From NCBI GenBank assembly GCA_964016885.1, contig OZ024765.1, positions 10,912,001-10,976,000 of the forward strand: a DNA stretch of 64,000 nucleotides, given 5' to 3'. The notes beneath the pieces were generated by a model. That model was not told the DNA's origin. It was given only the letters and a program-made list of their open reading frames with translations, and did not search any database. The position numbers were made by a program, and so were the translations under genes. Shown piece by piece: positions 51,901 through 64,000 of this stretch (position 1 is its first letter; the number at the start of each line of letters is the position of its first letter). This DNA is from Eledone cirrhosa. Taxonomy: Eukaryota.

Positions 51901-54900
51901 ATCTCTTTGTCCATTCCATGTTTAGTCTCACAAAATATTGTTAATGCAAGATTTTGCTCTAATGTAATAAATGTTACTTTTAAAAGACCGAAGTTCTCAA
52001 TTTTCTTCTTTCTCTTGTATATTGATATCTAAAGGATGACAAATGTATGAATTATGTGATAGGGAGGAAAAAAGCCACGACCTTCTTCTCTCGTTACAGA
52101 AGGCTAACTGACAACGTCTTTCGCAGGAGTGACTAGTACTACTGCCTTTTATATACCGTGACAACTGGAAAGACATGACAAATAAGGATACACTCTGCTC
52201 TCCTTATCAACATTGTCCGAGTCTGAGGACCTTTCCTCCCTGGTTAAGGAGTGAGATAAAATATTAGGGATCAATCTCTAGCAATAATTTTTATCTAATT
52301 ATTATCAAACAAAACAGATTTATATATTGTCGCCGTTGTACGTTAAAATCGCATATATATTTATATACACACCAAGGATGGAGGGACGACAGAATTGAAA
52401 ACGATTATTGCTGAGTACATCACGGCAAGATCTAATCTAATAGACACACACACTCTCCCGTATATATTTAATAATCAGCTATGACCATGAAGAAGGTCCC
52501 TATAGATCATCTGGTTGTAGGATCTAATGAACCCGAAAGAAAGTGAAAATATATTTTATGAAAGCCCCAGAAGAATAAATGTAAACATTGACTCGATTAT
52601 AGTAGAAATAACAATGAGAAAGCCATGAACGCCAGCACATCTATTTTGCTTGGAAATTGAAAGTAGGTTTATAAATATAAATTTTTTCTTATGTTCTTGT
52701 ATCTGTTTCGTTGGCCTAATGGTAGGTGTTAGAGACTGATGTGGTGTTCAATCTCAGTCCGAATCTGTACTATATATTTTTAAATTTAAATTTTTCTCTA
52801 GCAAAGTAAAAAATGAAATTATTACCTATAGACTTTGACTGAGATCGAAACCCAGAGCAGGTTCTCCACCGTCTCTAATACCTACCATTAGGCCACGGAG
52901 ACAGAAATAAAAATAGCGTGAAAATTAATATTTATAAAGTTACTTTTTTATTTTTGTTTTATACTATAAAAAATATAATACGACACACTGCCAGCGATTG
53001 AACCCCGGACCTGGACCTCCACCGGCTCTTATACTTACCACTAGGCTAAAGGGACGGTTACGGAAACTTACTGAAAATAGATATTTATAAACCTACTTTT
53101 TCATTACTAGAAAAAACCGGAAGTGGAGAAAATTGAAAAACATCTTCTTTTTCTTCCTCTGATTTTTTTAAATCCAAAATTTGGATTTAAGTCAGAGACG
53201 AGTTATCGTTCGTGGCAAAAATCAGATGAAGAAAAAGAAAAAGTTTTTCAATTTTCTCCACTTCCGGTTTTTTCTAGTATAGGTAAGTAAATATTAATTT
53301 TCAAAAAATTTTTGTAACCGTCCCTGTGGCCTAATGGTAAGTACTAGAGACGGTGGAGATCCTGATTTAGGGTTCGATTTCCGTTAGGTTTTATACTAAT
53401 AACTGCGTATTTGTTGCTTTTATTAAGTAAGATTTGAACTAATAATGCTGTACTTTGTAGTAATGTCCCATATTATATTCAACATATTTTAATTAAAATT
53501 TTTTTTTTTTTTTAAAAGAAAGAACAAAAAACCTTATTGAAATTAAGAAATGAATTTTATTCAGTAAAGTTGTTTTTATTTTGTTTTCACTTCATTAACT
53601 GCTGAATACGTCTTTTGTTTTTGTTTTTGATTCTTTCTAACCATTGTTTACTGTGAATGGTGACTGCAACGAACCTAGATTATTACCAAGTTTCACTGGA
53701 TGATTGTATTATTTTGTTGTCAGTGGACATCTGGACATCTATCTAAATACCTGGAATAAACACAAGGTGTGTGTTTTACGTAACATTTCATTTTAATGTC
53801 TGATGTTCCTGTATTTCACATTTAAAATGTAACCAAAAATAAACAAGACAGGGACGCTACATCAAAATAAACCACACAGACGAGGTACGAATAATCTAAA
53901 ATTAATTTTAACAAACTATAAACGATGTTTAAAGAGAGACGAACAGTAAAATAGGATTTCAAACAAACACGGAAACACAAAGACAATTACAGCCGCCATA
54001 ATCTAATATCTGAAGATCAACATTTTTCACGATAGAAATAAAACTAAATATGTAAAGTTTAGTGGCCCCTGATTTACTTGCTTTTAATTTCATTTTGATA
54101 ATCTGTATTGTATTCTGTAGACATATATTTATGATTTTAATGATGAAATTTCCTCTTGTCTTTAAAAGATTATTACTTATAAAAATTATAATAGTCACCT
54201 CCTCCTCTCGATTAATATGTAGCTTACCCACAGGGGTTCCTCAACTGGGCGGTTTCAACTGTTGGGTGGGCGATGAGCAGCTGAACAGAAAATTGAGGGC
54301 CATTGTAAACCTTGGTGGCTGATATAGAATTTTGAGATTTAAGAAGGTATGCTACCCGAAAACCTATTCAAAGAATATATGCAAAGAACCTGAATAAAAA
54401 TCAGGAAGCTAATTGGGAAAATTAAACCAGGAACAAACATTTACGAAACATATTTGGTATACTTTGGAATATTTACTATACAGGTGGCTGGTGGAACATT
54501 TTTTCATGTGAATGTGGGAAATGACGCCAAAATATTTGGCAACCATTGGCTTACACCTTACTAAATGTTCTGGAGACAAGCCTCTTAGCTATATATCATA
54601 GTTCTTCAATCCTTCATCTTCCACAGTTGGTGAAGTATTTCGATTTGATATGACGATCGCAGAGTTAGATTTAGGACGTGGTGGCGTTCATGGGTTTCTT
54701 AGTGTTGTTACTAGAAAGGGTCGACTCTGTCTTTCACACTTCAGGTTTATTCATGAATTAAATATCCATTTTCTTTCTGATCGGTCTAACAATGATTTCA
54801 ACCTACAATGACTCCGTCTGTAATAATGTTCTCTTATTTGAAATATGTCATACCTAACTCCCGTGTCTGTGTGTGTGAAAAATATTCCAACTTAGAGCGA

Positions 54901-57900
54901 CGTGCCCGTAAATTGTTTAGCCTGATTCCTATATATAGATAATGTGTAATATTTGAACCTTCATGGAGGGTCTTTGCCGTAATTTCCCGTAACTCCGACT
55001 AGAAGTCATTATGTAGTTTTTTCGTCCGTTAAAAATAATGATTAAAACAATTCTATATCCACAGTTATAAACACCTCTTCATCACATATTATATTATTTC
55101 CACCAATAACTACATTATATCCTTAAATATGACACCAAGACATATAATTTGTAAATAAAAGATAAAATATTAAAACCTCAATTTTTAAATAATTTTACCC
55201 CACCTTTGTGTTCTCAGTGTTTAGATTAACCAATAATTTTATGATTTTGGAGCATATAACTTTTAGTACCAGTCATGTACTGGGATCAATTTAACGGATT
55301 GGTTCCTCCCCGCAAATTACTTGACTTTTGCCTAAGTAAGACATACTCACAGAATGTATCGATGTATATGTATGAATGTATATATATATATTAGTATATT
55401 TTATGTTTACAATAAAAATAGACAAACAATTTAATGATAATATGAAATGAAATTATTATTATTTATTAATAATATTTTTATTGTTTTCACTGCATTAACT
55501 TCTGAGTGTGACTTGGTTTTTCTTACTATTTTCTACTGTAAATGGCGGCTTAATTGGATTATTACTAAGGTTTACTGGATTGTGGTGTTTCTTTATTGTT
55601 TTATATTTCAATCAGTGGACATCAGGATAGCTTTCTATATACCTGGGATAAATGTAAAGAGTACTGACTTTCATCTGCAGTTCAATGGTGATGTCTTCTT
55701 ATATTTTCATTTACTTCTGCAATACTGTATATTGTAGTCTTTTCATTATTTTAAATATTTCTATCGTGTCACTCGTTTGATATATCTCCCCGAAAGATAT
55801 AGTTATTCAGAGCTTTACATTGGAATAGTGTACTACTATTTAAATATTAGTCCTTTAAATATATATTTCTATCATGTCCCCCCCCCCCACCTTCTTAGAT
55901 TTATCTCCTCTAAATTTGCAATCCCTAAAGTTTAACATCTTTCTTCAGAAGACGATTTCTTAATAATTCTGGTGTTTTCTGTTTTGTTCTTCTCTGGATT
56001 CCTTCAATAGCTTCTCCATGCCCCAAAACAATATTTTAGGTCGTATCACACATATCATTCAACTAGTGTTTTGTACCTCTCGACATTTAGCTAGGCAAAG
56101 GAATGTTTTATTATTCCTATCATCTGAATTCCTTTTTTTCTTCAACAAGTTTAGCCATCTTTAAAATCATATTCATACATATTCACAATTCCTCGTGGAG
56201 GGGTATAAGAGACATGTATAAATATAGCTGCATATTACTACAAAATAACTTGAACCATATCGCGAAAGATTTTGTAAAGTATCTCTGTAATTATTCTCAT
56301 TTCGATTTTCTGTAGAACGTATTGACGTTTAAGATAGAGACAATTGCCCTTCTTCTAATAATCTCTTTGTCCATTCCATGTTTAGTCTCACAAAATATTG
56401 TTAATGCAAGATTTTGCTCTAATGTAATAAATGTTACTTTTAAAAGACCGAAGTTCTCAATTTTCTTCTTTCTCTTGTATATTGATATCTAAAGGATGAC
56501 AAATGTATGAATTATGTGATAGGGAGAAAAACAGCCACGACCTTCTTCTCTCGTTACAGAAGGCTAACTGACAACGTCTTTCGCAGGAGTGACTAGTACT
56601 ACTGCCTTTTATATACCGTGACAACTGGAAAGACGTGACAAATAAGGATACACTCTGCTCTCCTTATCAACATTGTCCGAGTCTGAGGACCTTTCCTCCC
56701 TGGTTAAGGAGTGAGATAAAATATTAGGCATCAATCTCTAGCAATAATTTTTATCTAATTATTATCAAACAAAACAGATTTATATATTTTCGCCGTTGTA
56801 CGTTAAAATCGCATATATATTTATATACACACCAAGGATGGAGGGACGACGGAATTGAAAACGATTATTGCTGAGTACATCACGGCAAGATCTAATCTAA
56901 TACACACACACTCTCCCGTATATATTTAATAATCAGCTATGACCATGAAGAAGGTCCCTGTAGATCATCTGGTTGTAGGATCTAATGAACCCGAAAGAAA
57001 GTGAAAATATATTTTATGAAAGCCCCAGAAGAATAAGTGTAAACATTGACCCGATTATAGTAGAAATAACAATGAGAAAGCCATGAACGCCAGCACATCT
57101 ATTTTGCTTGGAAATTGAAAGTAGGTTTATAAATATAAATTTTTTCTTATGTTCTTGTATCTGTTTCGTTGGCCTAATGGTAGGTGTTAGAGACTGATGT
57201 GGTGTTCAATCTCAGTCCGAATCTGTACTATATATTTTTAAATTTAAATTTTTCTCTAGCAAAGTAAAAAATGAAATTATTACCTATAGACTTTGACTGA
57301 GATCGAAACCCAGAGCAGGTTCTCCACCGTCTCTAATACCTACCATTAGGCCACGGAGACAGATATAAAAACAGTGTGAAAATTAATATTTATAAAGTTA
57401 CTTTTTTATTTTTGTTTTATACTATAAAAAATATAGTACGACACACTGCCAGTGATTGAACCTCGGACCTGGACCTCCACCGGCTCTTATACTAACCACT
57501 AGGCTAAAGGGACGGTTACGGAAACTTACTGAAAATTGATATTTATAAACCTACTTTTTCATTACTAGAAAAAACCGGAAGTGGAGAAAATTGAAAAACA
57601 TCTTCTTTTTCTTCCTCTGATTTTTTTTTATCCAAAATTTGGATTTAAGTCAGAGACGAGTTATCGTTCGTGGCAAAAATCAGAGGAAGAAAAAGAAAAA
57701 GTTTTTCAATTTTCTCCACTTCCGGTTTTTTCTAGTATAGGTAAGTAAATATTAATTTTCAAAAAATTTTTGTAACCGTCCCTGTGGCCTAATGGTAAGT
57801 ACTAGAGACGGTGGAGATCCTGATTTAGGGTTCGATTTCCGTTAGGTTTTATACTAATAACTGCGTATTAGTTACTTTTATTAAGTAAGATTTGAACTAA

Positions 57901-60900
57901 TAATGCTGTACTTTGTAGTAATGTCCCATATTATATTCAACATATTTTAATTAAAATTTATTTTTTTTATAAAAGAAAGAACAAAAAACCTTATTGAAAT
58001 TAAGAAATGAATTTTATTCAGTAAAGTTGTTTTTATTTTGTTTTCACTTCATTAACTGCTGAATACGTCTTTTGTTTTTGTTTTTGATTCTTTCTAACCA
58101 TTGTTTACTGTGAATGGTGACTGCAACGAACCTGGATTATTACCAAGTTTCACTGGATGATTGTATTATTTTGTTGTCAGTGGACATCTGGACATCTATC
58201 TAAATACCTGGAATAAACACAAGGTGTGTGTTTTACGTAACATTTCATTTTAATGTCTGATGTTCCTGTATTTCACATTTAAAATGTAACCAAAAATAAA
58301 CAAGACAGGGACGCTACATCAAAATAAACCACACAGACGAGGTACGAATAATCTAAAATTAATTTTAACAAACTATAAACGATGTTTAAAGAGAGACGAA
58401 CATTAAAATAGGATTTCAAACAAACACGTAAACACAAAGACAATTACAGCCGCCATAATCTAATATCTGAAGATCAACATTTTTCACGATAGAAATAAAA
58501 CTAAATATGTAAAGTTTAGTGGCCCCTGATTTACTTGCTTTTAATTTCATATTGATAATCTGTATTCTGTAGACATATATTTATGATTTTAATGATGAAA
58601 TTTCCTCTTGTCTTTAAAAGATTATTACTTATAAAAATTATAATAGTCACCTCCTCCTCTCGATTAATATATAGCATCATTCGAGGTAGCTTACCCACAG
58701 GGGTTCCTCAACTGGGCGGTTTCAACTGTTGGGTGGGCGATGAGCAGCTGAACAGAAAATTGAGGGCCATTGGAAACTTTGGTGGCCGATATAGAATTTT
58801 GAGATTTAAGAAGGTATGCTACCCGAAGACCTATTCAAAGAACCTGAATAAAAATCAGAAAGCTAATTGGGAAAATTAAACCAGGAACAAACATTTACGA
58901 AACATATTTGGTATACTTTGGAATATTTACTATACAGGTGGCTGGTGGAACATTTTTCAAATGTTCTGGAGACAAGCCTCTTAGCTATATATCATAGTTC
59001 TTCAATCCTTCATCTTCCACAGTTGGTGAAGTATTTCGATTTGATATGATGATCGCAGAGTTAGATTTAGGACGTGGTGGCGCTCATGGGTTTCTTAGTG
59101 TTGTTACTAGAAAGGGTCGACTCTGTCTTCCACACTTCAGGTTTTTTCATGAATTAAATATCCATTTTCTTTCTGATCGGTGTAACAATGATTTGAACCT
59201 ACAATGACTCCGTCTGTAATAATGTTCTCTTATTTGAAATATGCCATACCTAACTCCCGTGTCTGTGTGTGTGAAAAATATTCCAACTTAGAGCGACGTT
59301 CCCGTAAATTGTTTAGCCTGATTCCTATATATAGATAATGTGTAATATTTGAACCTTCATTGAGGGTCTTTGCCGTAATTTCCCGTAACTCCGACTAGAA
59401 GTCATTATGTAGTTTTTTCGTCCGTTAAAAATAATGATTAAAACAATTCTATATCCACAGTTATATACACCTGTTCATCACATATATTATTTCCACCAAT
59501 AACATTATATCCTTAAATATGACACCAAGATATATAATTTGTAGATAAAATATTAAAACCTCCATTTTAAAATAATTTTACCCCACCTTTATGTTCTCAG
59601 TGTTTAGATTAATCCATAATTTTATGATTTTGGAGCAGATAACTTATAGTACCAGTCATGTACTGGTATCAATTTAACGATTGGTTCCTCCCCGCAAATT
59701 ACTTGACTTTTGCTTAAATAAGACATACTCACAGAATGTATCGATGTATATGTATGAATCTATATATATAATAATAATAATAATATATATATATATATAT
59801 ATATTATGATTACAATAAAAATAGACAAACAATTTAATGATAATATGAAATGAAATTATTATTATTTATTAATAATATTTTTATTGTTTTCACTGCATTA
59901 ACTTCCGAGTGTGACTTTGTTTTTCTTACTATTTTCTACTGTAAATGGCGGCTTAATTGGATTATTACTAAGGTTTACTGGATTGTGGTGTTTCTTTATT
60001 GTTTTATATTTCAATCAGTGGACATCAGGATAGCTTTCTATATACCTGGGATAAATGTAAAGAGTACTGTCTTCTTATATTTACATTTACTTCTGCAATA
60101 CTGTATATTGTAGTCTTTTCATTATTTTAAATATTTCTATCATGTCACTCGTTTGATATATCTCCCCGAAAGCTGTAGTTATTCAGGGCTTTACATTGGA
60201 ATAGTGTACTACTATTTAAATATTAGTCCTTTAAATATATATTTCTATCATGTCCCCCCACCCTCTTAGATGTATCTCCTCTAAATTTGCAATCCCTAAA
60301 GTTTAACATCTTTCTTCAAAAGACAGATTTCTTAATAATTCTGGTGTTTTCTGTTTTGTTCTTTTCTGGATTCCTTCAATAGCTTCTCCGTATTTTCTGA
60401 AGTCCTGTGACCATGCCCCAAAATAATATTCTAGGTGGTATCACACATATCATTCAACTATCATTCAGTATATTGTATTATACCGTTGAAAATGTTAATT
60501 GTCCTTCTTCTGAAATAAATCAGTTTGTCTCCAAATGATTCGTATCGTTGTTTCCTCCATTCGACGTATCCCGTCACAAACTCTGACGTTTCTACAACAT
60601 TTCCAAACGTTAATACATTAGCTCTAATGAAATAGATGGGACTTTTTAAATACTGACATTTTCATTTCGCTTCTTTCTAATAGATATAAAAGTGTATGTG
60701 ATAGGAGAGAAAAACTACGATCTTCTTTCGACGTTGTAGGAGGCTGTCAGTGTTTAGCAGGAGTGGTAACTACATGGCAACGGTGAACATCACGTGTTTA
60801 GTGTTAAGTCACAAGAGACTGCTATTTATATACCGCGTTAACTGGGAATACGTACCAAACCAGGATGCACTCCTCTGTCCGCTTCAACATTCTCAGAGCT

Positions 60901-61526
60901 TCATTCCTCCCAATGTTATTGCTACTAGAAACGGTCGACCTTGTCTTTCCCGACTCTGCGGTTTTATTAAAGTAAATCTGGATTTTGTTTATCATCGCTC
61001 TAGAGTTGATTTGAACCTACATTAACACCGTTGACAATACTGCTCGTTAACCTCTAATCTGTCATACCTGTGTGTGTGTGTGTGTGTGTGTCTGTATGTT
61101 AACGATTCCAGCCTCGTGCGACGTACTTATTTGTCAAACCCGATCCCTATATAGATAAATACTATATGTAAGTGTACAATATTTGAACCTATAATGATGT
61201 GCTTTACAGTAATGTCATGTAACATCAACTAGATGGAACTATGTATATGTTTCTTTATTAAAATAATTAAAGTCAACTCTATATTCCTTACTAAAGATTG
61301 AACTCCTGACACCACCTTACAATCTCAACTATGAAGTATTAACACTTATATTTATTATTTCTAATCTTACCTCTTTGTATTCTCGATGTAAATCCTGGCG
61401 AGATTAATTTTCAATTTTTATTTTTGGAGCAGATAAAACAATACCAGTCAAATAATGGGATCGATTAAATCGATTGGCTTCACTTAAATTTCTGCACTTT
61501 TGCCTGAATATATATATATATATATA

Positions 61527-61787
61527 TGGTATTCCGTCAGTTACGACGGTGAGTGTTCCAGTTGACTCGATCAACAGAACAGCCTGTTCGTGAAAGTGAT
61601 TAAGCATTCTACAGAAATGTTTACCCTTACCGTAGTTTTCAGGGAGATTCAGTTTGAAACAGAGTGACAAATGGCCGACTCTGCTACTTACACGTTTATG
61701 CCAGCTTTGAACGATGGGAAATGAAGTGTCTTGCTCAAGATAACACGATTATGAACCGAATACCATAACTTTTAAACTACGCGGCTT
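61527..61787 (-). mobile_element. CORE-type SINE, degenerate
   Basis: Minus strand cgtgttatcttgagcaagacacttcatttc (CORE-like), followed by a tail that reads gttccagttgactcgatcaacagaacagcctg on the + strand; (TA)n at the 3' end. Confidence 0.7.
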
Positions 61788-61832
61788 TACAGAGAGAGAT
61801 TAACCAGAAATATATTTTGATAATGGAAAAGG

Positions 61833-61868
<36 letters not shown>

Positions 61869-62259
61869 TCAACAAGTCTTTAAATATTTTTGCAATGAAA
61901 AAAGGAAGAAAAGAAAATAAATTTACGAAATGAGTATTATTCAGTTTTATTTTTGTATATTTTTACTGCATTAACTGCGGCGTATGTGTTTTGTTTGTTT
62001 TTTTGTTTGTTTTTTCTTAGTATTGTCTGTTAATGGCGACTGCGGTGAAATTTGAAAAAAGTCACTCGAAGGTAAAGCCAATCATTGTCACAATTTAATG
62101 TCTGAACTTCAATATTTTCATGATGTAATTAAAATTTCATAACTTGAATTTATTGAACTCCGATTTGATTTCTCATAAATGTTTTAATAATGCATATTCT
62201 GCTTAGATATTGTCGATGTTGTACATTACGATTTTGTTGACATTATCTGATGTCTTTAA

Positions 62260-62364
62260 GCCGAGGTTAACTTTGCCTTTCATCCTTACGGGGTCGATAA
62301 ACTAAAATACCAGTAATGCACTGGGGTAATTGCTGGTCTTGTGCCAAAAGTAGAAACAATTATC
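62260..62364 (+). mobile_element. 5'-truncated Nin-domain SINE
   Basis: gccgaggttaactttgcctttcatccttacggggtcgataa...gtgccaaaagtagaaacaattat, nearly identical to the reverse complement of 9003-9107. Confidence 0.85.
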
Positions 62365-62749
62365 TCTTATAAGCAGTATAATGGCGTGTTCCGCCTCTCA
62401 TATTTACATTTTCTTCTGTAATACTGTATTGTCATTTATATTTTCAAGTCCATCTTTTTAAATATTTCTTTCGTGGACATATCTTGAAGAATTCTTCTAT
62501 GTATTGATAAATGTTTCAGAAAAAATATTTTCTAGTGTCTTCAGAGTATTTTTATACGCAGTAAAATGGTGATCCCTCCTCACGGTTATGTTTCCTTCTG
62601 GAATACTGTACTTTCAAGTGCTTTCATTATTTTAAATATATATATATCTTCAGTTTGACTTATTTCCTCCATAATTGTATTTCCTACAGAGTAGTGTACT
62701 AGTATTTATATTTTCAAGGCTTTACATTTATCTGGAATAATGTAATATT

Positions 62750-63140
62750 TCATGGCTTCCCTTAGGTTTCACTCCTCTAGTGTTGGGATTTCTTAATTAT
62801 TCAGGTCTTTTATATTTTTTCTTGTCTGGATTCCTTCAATATCTTCTGTTCTTTCGGAAGTCGTGAGACAAGGCCCCCAAAACAATATTTTAAGTGGTAT
62901 CTCTCATTTCATTTATCTAGAGTTTAAAGTTTACCTGACTTTACACAAGTTAAGAAAACATTTAATATTTCTGGTATTTTATTTTTTGTTCTTTAGTTTC
63001 CTTCAATAATTTCTGATTCCTTTCGGTGGTGTTTCACCTATTTATCTAGTTATAACACGTTTCTCTAAATAAAGGAAGGTTTTATTATATCTATCGTCCA
63101 ACTTGCTGTGTTCGTCTTTAACATTCTTATCCACTTTAAA
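62750..63140 (-). mobile_element. Diverged copy of the CR1-clade LINE fragment
   Basis: Minus-strand segments IDIIKPSF, RYHLKYCF and EDIEGIQTR align with the array LINE fragment. Confidence 0.7.
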
Positions 63141-64000
63141 ATTAAAGATTTACACATTTCCGTTTTTTTTGTTGGGTGGAGTGAATAATAGGGGCATTGT
63201 AACCTCAAAATATCGATGTGGAAACCTGCTTGTATCTTAAACACTCAACATACCAATATGATAAATATATGTATGTTTACAAAAGCCATGTATAAGTATA
63301 CCTGCACATTAACTCTTATCCAAACATTTGTTTTTCAAAATATCGTGACATAATCCGATAAATACTGCTACTTGTCTTTGTAAGTGTTTCTTTTCAATGA
63401 ACTTTTCATTTCAGTTTTCAGCAGACAGTACTGGCGTTGAAGATGCAATAAATTGTCCTTATAATCACCAGCTTGTCTCAAATTCGTCTGTTTTGTTACT
63501 TCGTCCATTCCACGTTTAGTGTTACAAACTCTGACGTTTCTACACCAATTTTCTATCATTAATTCTTGATTGTATTTTAATGTAATAAAATATTTATTTT
63601 CAAATATTTACTTTCTCACGTTAATTCTTTCTCTTGTGCGTTGTTATCTCATGAATAAAAATATATATGATTTGCGAGAGAGGAAAAATGACACGACCTT
63701 CCTTCATCGCTGCCGGAGTCCAACTGGCAATGAACTGACCATGAGAGGCAAGTACTCGACAACAGTGAACATCGTGTTTGGTGTTGAGGAACACACTACC
63801 ATTTATATACTGTGGTAAATGGAAAGCCGAGTCAAACCTTATCAACATTCTCAGAGACCCTTTTCTCCCTTATGAAGCAGTGAAATAAAGAATTGCAAGG
63901 GATTATTTTTAACAGGAGACTGTTATGTTGTGGTTGTTGTTATATGTAGTTAGGGTTTCAATCTTTAGCTTGGATTGTAAAATTACTTTTATTAACTAAA

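Larger units (their letters stand above)
11421..60460 (+). repeat. Macrosatellite: ~10.8 tandem copies of a 4.45-4.59-kb unit
   Basis: The hairpin marker tactagaaaaaaccggaagt starts at 12361, 16944, 21531, 26124, 30717, 35201, 39668, 44153, 48621, 53105 and 57563. Near-identical ORF-track peptides recur with the same period. Confidence 0.99.
60461..64000. repeat. Older diverged paralogs of the macrosatellite unit
   Basis: Colinear similarity: 60550-60890 and 63480-64000 to 15640-16140; 60915-61505 to 13960-14595; 61900-62120 to 12770-13075 / 14690-14970; 62400-63140 to 14960-15460. Confidence 0.85.

Noticed and set aside
11421-60460. rDNA, 5S, histone or snRNA tandem cluster
   Set aside because: The unit size is suggestive, but I could recognise no rRNA, 5S, histone or spliceosomal RNA sequence on either strand.

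Overview
AT-rich eukaryotic non-coding DNA. The SINE and transposon types suggest a cephalopod, probably Octopus; this is pattern recognition, not a database result. I can support no intact protein-coding gene: the ORF-track entries are repeat-derived. There are three zones. (1) 1-10.6 kb: a Penelope-type minimal hammerhead at ~300, then a giant palindrome (~900-9370, centre ~3920, ~20-nt spacer) whose arm identity decays outward. Its arms carry independent insertions: a Tc1/mariner stub, a Helitron containing a foldback element whose TIR tip is amplified into an 88-bp array, and a Nin-domain SINE. (2) ~11.4-60.5 kb: a macrosatellite of ~10.8 near-identical 4.45-4.59-kb units, with two subtypes and an 8953-bp dimer duplication. 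Each unit is a mosaic of a TATA-containing block, four tRNA-like A/B-box elements (+,-,-,+) around a 63-bp-arm hairpin, a hAT-type MITE, a decayed SINE and a decayed CR1-clade LINE fragment. (3) 60.5-64 kb (and 10.65-11.4 kb): older diverged paralogs of the unit that lack the tRNA-like module. The most unusual element is the tRNA-like/hairpin cassette repeated 11 times, whose core is homologous to the centre of the giant palindrome.
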